Shown piece by piece: positions 13,401 through 25,600 of a stretch of 64,000 nt of DNA. The stretch is taken from contig NW_027266308.1 of assembly GCF_022045235.1 (NCBI RefSeq), forward strand, positions 57,722,001 to 57,786,000. The letters run 5' to 3'. The notes beneath the pieces were generated by a model, which was not told where the DNA came from, did no database searches, and saw nothing but the letters and a program-made list of their open reading frames with translations. Origin of the DNA: Haliotis cracherodii (taxonomy: Eukaryota). The position numbers and the translations under genes are program-made. Each line of letters begins with the position of its first letter. Within the stretch, counting starts at the first letter, position 1.

Positions 13401-16400
13401 GCCCCTACAACCCCACCCCTTGTGTTCCTCAAACCACCCCTCAGCCCCTACACCCCCACCCCTTGTGTTCCTCACAGCATCCCTCAGCCTCTACAACCCC
13501 ACCCCTTGTGTTCCTCACAGAACCCCTCAGCCCCTACACCCCCGCCCCTTGTGTTCCTCACAGCATCCCTCAGCCTCTACACCCCCACCCCTTGTGTTCC
13601 TCACAGAACCCCTCAGCCCCTACACCACCACCCCTTGTGTTCCTCACAGCACCCCCTCACAGCACAGCACCCCTTCAACCCCTAAACCATCACCCCTCAG
13701 CCCCTACACACTCACCCCTTGCGTTCTTCACAGCAACCCCTCAGCCCTGACACCCTCACCCCTTGTGTTCCTCACAGTACTCCCTCTCCATAAGCCCCTA
13801 CACCCTCACCCCTTGTGTTCCTCACAGTACTCCCTCTCCATCAGCCCCTTCAGTTCCCTCAGCTGTAGGAGGAAGTCCCTGTCCAGGTCCACGTCCATGT
13901 CCTCGTGTTCCGTACATTCTGCAACAGACAGCATGATGTACAGTGGTTAGTGCGAGCTTTATGACCACTTAGCAGTAAGTCCTTATTTATCACCCACCTG
14001 TAGAACTATAGAAGCAGTTAGCACACAGACTGAAGTCCATATATATCACCCACCTATAGAGTTATAGAACCAGTTAGCACACAGGCTGAAGTCCATATAT
14101 ATCACCCACCTATAGAGCTATAGAACCAGTTATCACACAGACTGAAGTCCAAATATATCACCCACCTATAGAGCTGTAGGACCAGTTGGCTATCATGTAG
14201 TTAGCACACAGGGTGAAGTCTTTAAACTCCAGATACATCAGCTTTTTCTTCCCCGTTTCGAATCTGTTGTTAGTGATGAACACTATTGCTGCATAGCTCC
14301 TGGAGAGAGATTCAGAACATTTCACTAACTTTCAACCATGATACTGCATATCTGTCAGACAGGTGTTAGTAGGTTGTCATGTTGACCAAAGTAATATGAA
14401 GATTCTGCAAATCAACCCCTCCCAAAAACAAGCACTTCCCAATCTCATAACCGCTATGCAAAGATCGGAGGACATCCCACTAAAGGTCACGTTGAAGGAC
14501 CTCTTGCAAACATTGGAATCAGTCACACAGCCTGTCACTGCTGTTCAGAATGACCCGTGTTTACCATTTCAAGGTTACATGATTAGAAAACACATTTGAA
14601 CTTTCACTTTCGCGATCTTGTAGGCAACATGAATGGTCTTTCTGTGAAGGGATGTCCTCGGATTTTTGAGTTGTGGTAGTGAGCACTCAGATCTGATGTT
14701 GATGAGATTAAAGCAATTCCAGAAAAAATAATCCCTTGTTTAAAATTCATCAATTATCTATACAGTTTTTACCATCCGTCTTTCATCCTATTTTCCCATC
14801 CAATAAGCCAGTTGGTGCTGAAAGCAGTGAAGACAATATTACCTTGCCAGTTCCCCAGACAGAAGGTAGTGGGTCTGGATGTTCTCCACAAGGGAGCCTT
14901 TCATCTCCTCCACTGTCTTGAACACACGCTTCACATTGTCAAACTGAANNNNNNNNNNNNNNNNNNNNNNNNNNNNNNNNNNNNNNNNNNNNNNNNNNNN
15001 NNNNNNNNNNNNNNNNNNNNNNNNNNNNNNNNNNNNNNNNNNNNNNNNNNNNNNNNNNNNNNNNNNNNNNNNNNNNNNNNNNNNNNNNNNNNNNNNNNNN
15101 NNNNNNNNNNNNNNNNNNNNNNNNNNNNNNNNNNNNNNNNNNNNNNNNNNNNNNNNNNNNNNNNNNNNNNNNNNNNNNNNNNNNNNNNNNNNNNNNNNNN
15201 NNNNNNNNNNNNNNNNNNNNNNNNNNNNNNNNNNNNNGGCTTTATTCAGCAGCCACTTTACAGCTGTACCATGAAGTGAGTTTGATAACCCAATCTGGAC
15301 CAGATAAACTGGCTGACAGCATGCGCACCACGTCATGACATCGTAGTCTGATGACGCATGATCCCCAAGGGGCATCAACACTAGTCTGTTCTCACAACAA
15401 ACATGGGGTGCTGGGGGCTAAGCTGCCCCCAGGATATCCACAGGGTTGCTGCACAGTGACTGCATGTAATGTGACCAGTTTCCAACAACTCCCAACACAG
15501 CTACGATACTATATTTGCTGTAATAAGCACCTTGGATACTTTAAACATCAAAGTGAGTGAGCATCAAAATAATACACAACAAATTAAAATACGCTGTCAG
15601 AGATCGAACGGTAGGGAACTCTATTTAGCTCTAATGTTGATCAAACTAAAACAAATTTGATGATAGTTACTAGACAGTTATGTACCCCGTTTACACTGCT
15701 GTTTTCTGTTAACGATCTGTAATGTGCACAATAAAATATGGACTGTATTGCAAATTTTCAGGCGTGTTTAAAAGTTACTTACAGAAAAGTCTAGATATTG
15801 GTCAGGGGATGCTTATTGGAGCGGAGAACTTAATGCGGCAAATACAGTAACTCCCAAATGGGTAACAAAACAGTGAACACTATACGTTGTCAACCTATCT
15901 TGAGGGGTATATGGTGTGATGTACCCTGTGTGTGAGTCTATGTACACAGAGCCATCAGTTGACAGTGAATTTATCTTACTGACATTCATTCATTCTTACA
16001 GGTCCGCAATTTGTGTCCACAGTTTCACTGAGTTAGCAAAATTCATAGCAGACGATGCAAACAAACCGAGTTACTTCCCTTTACCCAATTAATTCGGGTT
16101 AACATCAGTTCATTTCAGCTCAACGATACTTAATCGATATATGCAAATTACCTACGATGTGTTCCGACTGATTTCTCAGCAGGCGACATGAGCGGGATAC
16201 CTGAAAAGTAATTTCCCACTCCTTAACCAATCAGAAGCTGGTATTTAAATGTGAGGTGAGATAATGTGTTACTATACATTAAGCACTGTGTGATGTAACC
16301 TACCTGTCTCCGACAACTCCGCAGCATCACTCCCGTCTTCTCACTCACATCATCAAGATCCTTGCGGTGTCTGGAGTTCAGTTTCTTTCCCAGTATCTCT

Positions 16401-19358
16401 CGAATCACAGGTGCGTCAATCTGGTAGTATCTGCCAATGGGTTTAGCATGTACAATGTTATTGTGGAAACAAACACATAGAAAACACAATTTACACATAC
16501 AAGTGCTTATCTTCCAGAAACTACTGCATTTCTCTCAAATTTCATGATTAGAAGAAATAAACGATCAATGATGTCATTTTTTATTGTTGTTTGGTGTTTT
16601 GTATTGCCGTCAGCAGTAGTTGCATATTATTAATTCATTCCCCCACCATCAAGTTATAAGAGTTAGGTTGTACAAACTTTCACTGTAGTTTACTCAGAAG
16701 TGAAAAAAAAACCTTAATTTTAAAGGGTGCAATTTTAATTCGCTCTGCAGAGTTGCATCCCTTGGGCATGTATCACTTGGAGCTTTCCTTACACATTAAA
16801 AAGCTGACATGCTGTGATATAACTGCAATACTGTTCAAAGCGGTGTTAAACCAAACTCACTCACTTAATTTTGAACATTAAGGTTACACAAGGACCCCTT
16901 GCATTGCCTTAATTTTCAAAACTGGATTTTACCAGTACCTCTTGCATTTAATTAATTTTGAACACTGCCTAGTGAGTACTGAAACGGAAAACAGCACAAA
17001 CTTAACAAGTGAGTGAGTACGCCACTTTCAGCAATATTCCAGCAATGTCTTGGCTGGGGCCACCAGAAATGGGCTTCACACGTTGTACCCTTGTGGGGAA
17101 TCAAACCAAGGCCTTCAGGGTGACGAGTGAACACTTTAACCACCAGGCTACACCATAACCACACCCTTAACAAATGTGACAGTGATGAATATGTTGTACT
17201 GTACTTTTCAATGAGCATTGTCTGTGTATCAGCATTGATCTGGTATATGTGTTGATCCCGCAGTTTATCAGGGCTCTTCACCAGTTTCTCCAGACTAGTA
17301 AAGAGGCGATAATTATCTTGTGTATCACTCAACAAATCCTCAGAGGTGGCGCTGTACTTCTTCAAGACTCCCTGTTTTTGCAGAACATTGGCAGCTTCAG
17401 AAACTGAAACATGTGTAATCACAAGCTCATATGAAAATGGCAATGCATTCAAATGAAATAAACTTGTTGAAAAATGGGACCCCGCCCCAGGGCAAACAAT
17501 ACTGTGCTTTCAGGACTATGTAGTTTGGCATTAATAAAATTAAACATTAGTCAACATATGTTCATATTCAAGTGATCTTTCGAAGAAAAAAAAAACAATG
17601 CACAGTAACTGACTTATTAATACCTATAATAATAGTGAGTGAGTGAGTATGGTTTTACGCTGCTTTTAGCAATATTCCAGCAATATCACGGCGGGTGACA
17701 CCAGAAATGGGCTTCACACATTGTACCCATGTCGGGAATCAAACTCGGGTCTTCGGCGTGATGAGCGAACACTTTAATCACCAAGCTACCCGACCGCCCC
17801 ACCTATAATAATAACATATCTGTTAAGGACATAAGTGGGTAGACAGGTTAACATGCAGCTATCATTTGCCATGCAGTCTCACTGTATACTGGTGGGAACA
17901 CAGAACAAACAGAATCTGCTATTTGTCATCAATGATTATAGGAAACATTTTAACAATTGGTCTAGGGATTTGATGAGTGTTAAAATAAAGGAAAAATTAG
18001 TTCCAAAGCACTGTAGCTCACCTTGAGTCACATGTAGTTAACGGTTAAAAACGTCAACAAAGACAGCTACAAATAAAAGTTGCTGTCAGTAATGATCTTC
18101 AAATACTTCCTACATAAATACTGGGGACTGACAAAATATTACAATGTAATGATTTGGACAAAATATGATATCATCACAAGGAGACACACACATGTAAAAG
18201 TTCAGTCTGGCAAGTTGCGAGAAAATGCATTTGGAGAATTTAAGAGTTAAGTCAAAGCAAAATCAAAATTTAATATATTGAATTAGATGGAACATAAGTG
18301 ATGAATCCAACAACTTACCAAACAAATACCAGGTTTTTTTACAGTTTGAACAAAAAAGGATTAATGGCCATAAACATTTTCAACAATATGGTTGCAGCAT
18401 GTGTATTCACGGCCATATTAAGAATCGCATTTGAACCTCTTCAACAACTTCAGGTATCATCATTCACAACAACAAGACTTGGTCATTTGTGTGTCATGAT
18501 ACTCCACTGGTGTTGCTCTTGATATCAATCACTGGCTGATGTCATATTATAGCTGGAATATTTGCCGAGTGTGGTGTAAACAACAAACAAACTAATAACT
18601 ACATTTTGGAAACAATGGCAGAGTAATCGCCACAAGAAGTTCAGCTTTTACTATGATCAAGTGCATCAGGTCCAAAGGTTTCTGAGGGGGAGATATGTTT
18701 ATGCCAGACAACGCGATCGACGAAAGAGGCTACAACAACTGCTCACTTGACTTTGTGTCAGGTGAGCTAAAACATGTTCCTCTCCTGGAAATTTTGTTTT
18801 TGCAATAAAACTAATGTTTTGTACTGCAAATATTCCCATAATTAAAGTACTTTGTTTACATAAGTAGTTGATCTAAACTGCAAGTAAATTGTTTACTTTA
18901 CAAAAAGTACACAGCTAAACTGAAAGTAGTTTCTTTATTTAATGATAAACAGGCTGGACGATTACCAAACCTGATTGAGTTCTGTATTGAATGAATTAAT
19001 CATTATGATGAATATAGAAAGCACATAGAGCTACATAGATCATGTAGATCTCATAATGAATTTAGTAATGTGCTAAAGTGAGAATAAAATGAAATAAAAG
19101 AAGAAGATCGTGGTTACATGTGAGACTGAGAATGAGGAAATACATAAATTATAACTCTTAGAAAGTTATGTTAGAAAAGAAAACCATGGTGAATGAGGAA
19201 ATCATTGTTGGTTTTCCTTAGATTTCCATCTACTTCTAGTTGACCAGATCTCACGATTGTTGGTATTTACCTGAGCAGCCCCTCAGCCACATATCATAGA
19301 CGTCTGGGTCTATGTATGTATTGTTGCCCACAAAAATATCAAATTCCGCCATGACCAT
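10400..19358 (-). CDS. FIBP: FGF1 intracellular-binding protein, ~364 aa; exons 19271..19358, 17205..17403, 16304..16430, 14843..14943, 14166..14299, 13810..13918, 12163..12232, 11345..11431, 10903..11000, 10400..10481
   Basis: Peptides [29 protein letters not shown]...[40 protein letters not shown] and [11 protein letters not shown] match FIBP. All 9 introns are GT-AG with consistent phases; 1095 nt total. Confidence 0.95.
10566..10815 (-). mobile_element. SINE-like family B
   Basis: Reverse complement of the family B consensus, in the last FIBP intron. Confidence 0.75.
11785..12127 (-). mobile_element. SINE family D (diverged)
   Basis: Reverse-complement similarity to 29362-29712. Confidence 0.6.
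12430..13850. repeat. C-rich ~41-bp minisatellite (with ~62-bp variants) derived from the FIBP exon 6/intron 6 junction
   Basis: Core CACCCCTTGTGTTCCTCACAG repeated ~30 times; it is the reverse complement of the exon end TGTGAGGAACACAAGGG|GTG. Confidence 0.9.
13985..14220. repeat. ~56-bp tandem repeat derived from the FIBP exon 5 3' end and donor
   Basis: CACCCACCTATAGAGCT...AGTTAGCACACAG...TGAAGTC at ~13990, 14047, 14103 and the real junction at ~14159. Confidence 0.85.
14949..15237. other. Assembly gap (N run) in FIBP intron 3
   Basis: 289 Ns right next to the exon 4 acceptor. Confidence 1.
17635..17800 (-). mobile_element. tRNA-derived SINE family A
   Basis: Full copy flanked by a 13-bp duplication ACCTATAATAATA. 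Confidence 0.85.
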
Positions 19359-19689
19359 GAACGAACAATTTTCTGTTTTTCAGACAAATGTGTATAGATT
19401 TCCTCTCAGATTGTGACCGTCGCTGACATAAGTCAAAGGGAGGTAATAAAAATTACAAACCTTCTTATCTGCCCTGTAAAGTGCTAGTGCATATAACACT
19501 CGCTAGGGTGCGTCTGTTATATTTACGTGCCTATTTTATTTCTAACAGTGTAAAAGGTTTAAATTCCACCATAAAACTAACTTGATTACCAAAATATTCA
19601 TTAGTTGATGATCATAAACAAATAACGATGTCCCCACAAAGTATCAAATAAAACTGAACACGATCCCAGAATTCCACAGTCTTGAGAAA
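19359..19689. promoter_or_regulatory. Probable bidirectional promoter shared by FIBP and eIF4A3
   Basis: Divergent start codons only 331 bp apart; AAAATGGCG YY1-like motif at the eIF4A3 ATG. Confidence 0.7.
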
Positions 19690-22600
19690 ATGGCGTCGCG
19701 GCGTGTGCTCCCAGACGATTTAAGAAATGTTGAATTTGAAACAAGTGAAGATGTCGACGTTACACCTACATTTGATAATATGGGTCTTAGAGAAGAGTTG
19801 TTGAGGGGTGTATATGCTTATGGTTAGTTGCCTGTATGATTTTATTCTGACGGGTTTATCAGCAATCCCGATGCACATGATAAAACGTTTTCCTGACGAT
19901 CAAAAAGAAAGTTAACACGAGAGCATCATTTGTTATCCTGAGACATACATGACAGTGTCTAATATTCCACTTCGTGTCAGGGAATAATAAACCGTAATTC
20001 GTTCAAGACCATATTATTGTGTTGTGGGGAATGCATTATGTCATATAAAAAGCGAATTGTAGAAAACATCAGAGACAAATATAAGATTTGATTATTTCTT
20101 GCAGGTTTTGAAAAACCGTCAGCTATTCAACAGAGAGCTGTGAAGCCAATAGTGAAAGGTCGAGATGTTATTGCACAGTAAGTGGATTGTTGTGTCCAGA
20201 CTCATTATTTACATGCCACGCTCGTATAGCTGGAATAAGGCTGATATAGTGTTAAACAACTAATGAACTGAGGAAACATCCTGGCAAAAGAATATAAGAA
20301 AGTTTGGATCAATAAATTGGTGATCTTTTCATTGATATTACAGTTCATAAACATGATAAATGTAATGTGTAAACACGGCCTACAAATAGACTGATCATAT
20401 TAACACGGCCTACAAATACATATTAATTTAAGTCAAAATCATTAGCCAACTCAAATTTTCAATATCAAGGAATCAAAGATCACCTAATTTGTTGAAAACA
20501 TTTTACCTTTGATGTTTATAATTAAGGATGATGAAGATAATTTGTCAGCTCAAATTTTGAATGCATATTTTATTGTTCAGGGCACAGTCTGGAACTGGTA
20601 AAACGGCCACATTTTCCATCAGTATCCTTCAGTGCCTTGACACACAGGTGCGGGAGACACAAGCCCTTATTCTCTCACCCACGAGGGAGCTTGCAACTCA
20701 AATCCAGAAGGTACATATTGTTCTCTATCACCAGAGAAAAGATACAGGATTTTGTGTACTTAAATCAATGTTAGGTTGAACATATTTAAGCTAATTCTAA
20801 ATCATGAATTGATTTTTAATAAAATGTCATGTTTATTTATTTCTAAGTATTAAGTTCTTTCCAAGTTATCATTTCCAATTGTACACTGTTTGTGATGAAC
20901 ATGTAATGTGGAGAACTTAAATTGATATGAATACTAATACAGTTGACATATTACCTGTAAAAAAAACCTGGGCACTGTTTCAGGAATATTTATAGTATAT
21001 ATCAATAAGTTATGTTTGATCAATTGAATAAGAGGAGTTGCTTCCCCTACAAGAAACGACATATCCTGATACATGTACATATCCGTTACAGGTTATCCTT
21101 GCCCTTGGAGATTACATGAATGTGCAGTGTCATTCATGTATTGGAGGTACAAATATCGGTGAAGACATTCGTAAACTGGACTACGGACAGCATGTGGTTT
21201 CTGGAACACCAGGCAGAGTCTTTGGTTAGTCATGAATCTTATTGGGAGCCACAGATTTGGAAAAAGGGAAACATCTTGAGTGGTGTACTTTGTACTACTG
21301 GTCTATAACATGTAAAGAATAACTTTGGAATAATCTGTATCAGCATGGTTGCAGATTCTGAACCATTTGTGATTTTAAGACACTTGTAGTAACTCCATTT
21401 GTGGAGATCTATAGGACTTATGCAATGTGTATGTGTTGCTTTGACCAAATTTGATTTATGGATATTTTCAAGCTGTCTGGGTAAGATGACACAATCAACA
21501 AAGTCACAGAGCCTGATGAAATTAACCAAATGGTGTGGACACAAGAGGATTGATAACAACTGCATGTTGGATAGCCATACATTTGAATGATAAGTGACCA
21601 AATATGGAAATCAAAGTCGGGGCATACAAAAACAGTCAGGTTGTTCAATGTATTGCCCCTAGTACCATCCCTTGAGTGAATTCCTTTAACATCCTATATA
21701 TGTTTCAGATATGATCAGGAGGAGGAATCTTCGCACAAGATCTATTAAAATGTTGATTCTTGATGAAGCTGATGAAATGTTAAACAAGGGTGAGTGATTT
21801 TTGTTTCACTGACAACAAAGGTAAATAGTGTGGATTTGTAAGGTGTTTACAGTGGCTGAAAATGTGTATGCTATTCAAGTTCTAAATATACATTCCTTTC
21901 CTGTGGGTGTTGATTATACTCCTGAGAGTGATTTATTGTACATGTGGTGGATATGGGCAATGAGGATACTATTTCCAGGAATTAACTGTCTGTAAATATA
22001 TACGCTATTCTGAGCCCTTTGCCACCATGCAACAATAGTCCTCTGATTTCAAAGATGACTTCAGAAACAGCCTGTATGATTGGCATGAGCTTTCAGAAAT
22101 CTATTATGGGGGTATTTTTGTATGTTGTTTAATGCTGCACTCAGCAGTATCCCAGCGGTCTGTAAATAATAGAGCCTGAACCACAATCTAGTAATTGACA
22201 TCACGAGCATCAATCTTCGCAATTGGGGATAAAATGATATGTATTAACCAAATCAGCAAGCCTGAATACCCGATCATGTTAGTCGCCTCTTATGTTAAAC
22301 ATGGGTTGCTGAAGACCAATTCTAAGGGGATATGATACCCAGGGCGTTACTCGACCCACAGATATAGATAATGGACGCGGAAAAAGAATGCAGTGTTATA
22401 ATGACTGTTATATTCATTTTACCTATAGCTCATCAAGAGCAGTTATGGGCGTCTGTCATTTCATCCATCAATCATGGCCACTGTCTACATGGTCATTGAT
22501 TAATTCCAGGCTCTAAAGTACCGTATTCGACGTAATAAGCGCCCGGGGCGCTCTCAAAATTAGAAATAGAGGGCTCTTATTAGAATATTAGTTTGGTGGA

Positions 22601-25600
22601 GAAAAAACATAGTTGAAAGATAAATTTTGTTGGTTATGCTGACAGCCTGAAATGTTTATGTACGACAGATATATTTCTCCAGATTTTAATTGCCCATAAA
22701 TAAGGGTGTACCGAATAAATAAGTCTTGTGTACATTGATCAATCGGAAGGGATGCAAAGTGGGCTTGTTCACTAGCCAATATATCAGCAAATATCGCCGG
22801 GGGCGCTTATTAGAGCGGGGCGCTTATTACGTCGAATGTGGTAATTATCAAACCATACAGTACACTACACCATTTCTTATCTTTACAAGACCTTCATATT
22901 GCCTGCAAGGACCCTTAGAATATTATAATTATTTGAGGGTCCCCAAGACCCTTTATTGTTTAAGTCAAATAAAACCCTGAATACCATTATGCCCATTGAC
23001 TGTGTTATTCAGTTCAATCAGCCTGCGTATGTATTTGATATTGAAGTTTGCATAAAGGGATGGGCAATGAGGATACTATTATCAGGAATTAACAATGTCT
23101 GTAAATATATACGCTATTCTGAGCCCTTTGCCACTATGCAACAATAATTATTCTCTTATTTCATTGATCACTGCAAAAACAACCTGTATGAGAATGTATA
23201 TGAATAACGAAGAAGTGATTATTTTGTTTCTGGAAAAGCAATAACTCAGTGCTACACCATCATAACCCAAACCTTTGTATGTGCCTCTTATTAAACTAAA
23301 ACGAGTGCAATTTGCTCTAAATACAGTATTGATCATGGATACTGTATTAACCACTGTATTTTAATCAATGTCAATCATGTAGGAATAACAAGGATTGTCA
23401 CATGATGTCCATGTTGATCTTTGTGCTTCTATGACATTAGTTGTGTAACTGAAGCTAGCTGGTAGGCTCACTGTCAATTTGAAGAATCTACAGAATTAGA
23501 TGTTGTGCAACTGTAGTGAAGAACATAAAGCTGGCTGTCATGATGTTTGGATTTTTTATGTGGTGTGCAAGGGCAATGAGGATACTATTTTCAGGAATTC
23601 ACTGTCTGTAAATATATACGCTATTCTGAGCCCCGTCTGTCACTATTCGGCAGTAATAGGTTATCTAATTTACATGGTCAAATAGAACCCCCCTTTTAAG
23701 CATATGATAATGTTATATTTTACTGGTATATGTCAAGGTCACTGGATAGCAACAGCTGATGAAACTTTCTGAAAAAGAGTATGCTTTTATCACAGAACTA
23801 TGTTCTCAACAGGAATCAATATGTCAAACTTATCTCATCGATGTAATATTATTAATCCCTTTTAATCAATGATAATCACTTTTGAATTATGAGGATTTTG
23901 TCCGGATTTTATACATCCTGATGAAGGCTAGTTGTCATTTTGTTTGTAATTTACATGTGGCAAGGGCAATGAGGATACTATTTTCAGGAATGAACAATGT
24001 CTGTAAATATATACGCTATTCTGAGCCCTTTGCCAACATGTTTCAATAACAAATCCCATTTTTCATCTGGAAATTGCAGAAACAGCTCCTATCATTTGTA
24101 TTTGTCAACTATTTTCACATCAACTATGTCCACATAATCAATGAAATATATCTCACCTACTGTTTTCTTAAGTTCAATGATGCAGAGGATATTTTTAATT
24201 TTTAAGTTTGACAATGTGAAGTGATGGATTAATTCTTCAGTGTTGCATCTCAAGAAAATGATTTGAATTTGATCATGTAATGTACTGTATACAAGATTTG
24301 ACATTTCAATTGTGAAATTATGCTGTTGTCAATTTAGAGTGTGACGCCTGTACATTTGACAGTGTTAAATGTTAACCTGACATGCTCCTGGATATTGTCG
24401 CATTCCCATAAGTAATGATGGAATCAGTGTTTTATTATCATGACCATGTGGCATGAAACTTGAGATGTGTTTCATATTATGTAAGTTGATCTATGTGTTT
24501 TTCAATGTGAGGAGTCTTCATAATAACCCGTTACAAAACTGTTGCATGAGGATAAACATGATTTAAAGTAAGATATGTTTTTGTATTCTGCATGTATGGG
24601 CAATGAGGATATTATTTTTCAGGAATTAACAATGTCTGCAAATATATACGCTATTCTGAGCCCCTTGCCACTATTTGCCAATAATTCTCTAATTTCATAG
24701 ATCACTGCAGAAACAACCAGTATGACTAACATTAACTTTCAGAGATCTATGAAGGGGATTTGGTGCTATCATGCTTATTGCATGTATTGACTGAAGCAAA
24801 CTGGTAGATTCGCCATCATTTTGAAAAATCTACTTAATTACCATGATTACATTTTTTGAAACCATTAATCTTCATGATGATGATGATGATGATGATGAAG
24901 AACAAGAACAAGAACAAGATTGCTGTCATAATGTTTGGAAAACAATGTTTGGTGGTGGACAAGGGCAATGAGGATACTATTTTCAGGAATTCACTGTCTG
25001 TAAATATATACGCTATTCTGAGCCCTGTCTGTCACTATTCGGCAATAATAGGTCATCTAATTTACATGGTCATTAGAACCTCCTTTTTTAGCATATGATA
25101 ATGTTATATTTTACTGGTTACATGTCAAGGTCACTGGATAGCAAAAGCTGATGAAACTTTCTGAAAAAGAGTATGCTTTATCACCAAACTATGTTCTCAA
25201 CAGGAATCAATGTGTCAAATTTATCTCATCGATGTAATATTATTAATCCCTTTTACTCAATGGTAATCACTCTTGAAATATGATGATTTTGTCCGGATTA
25301 TGTACATCCTGATGAAGGCTAGTTGTCATTTTGTTTGTAATTTACATGTGGCAAGGGCAATGAGGATACTATTTTCAGGAATTAACAATGTCTGTAAATA
25401 TATACGCTATTCTGAGCCCTTTGCCACTATGCAGCTATAATAGTTTTGTATGTTTAATTTGGATCACAGTGCAACACAAGAACCGACTGTCAATATTTAA
25501 GGAATTTTGAATGATATTTTAAAATATTTCCCATACAATAAATAGAGTAAGAGCATCTACTACTCTCAAAGCAGTAATACCACAACCTAAAGACAGATCT

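Noticed and set aside
12448-13950. Long Pro/His-rich ORFs in three + frames
   Set aside because: Translation artefact of a C-rich minisatellite inside a FIBP intron on the opposite strand.
14812-15381. ORFs spanning X runs
   Set aside because: They cross the N gap; only FIBP exon 4 is real.
23700-23925. Possible second C/D snoRNA type in the duplicated spacer (also ~25090-25315)
   Set aside because: Boxes are degenerate and differ between the two copies, and I recognised no rRNA-complementary guide.
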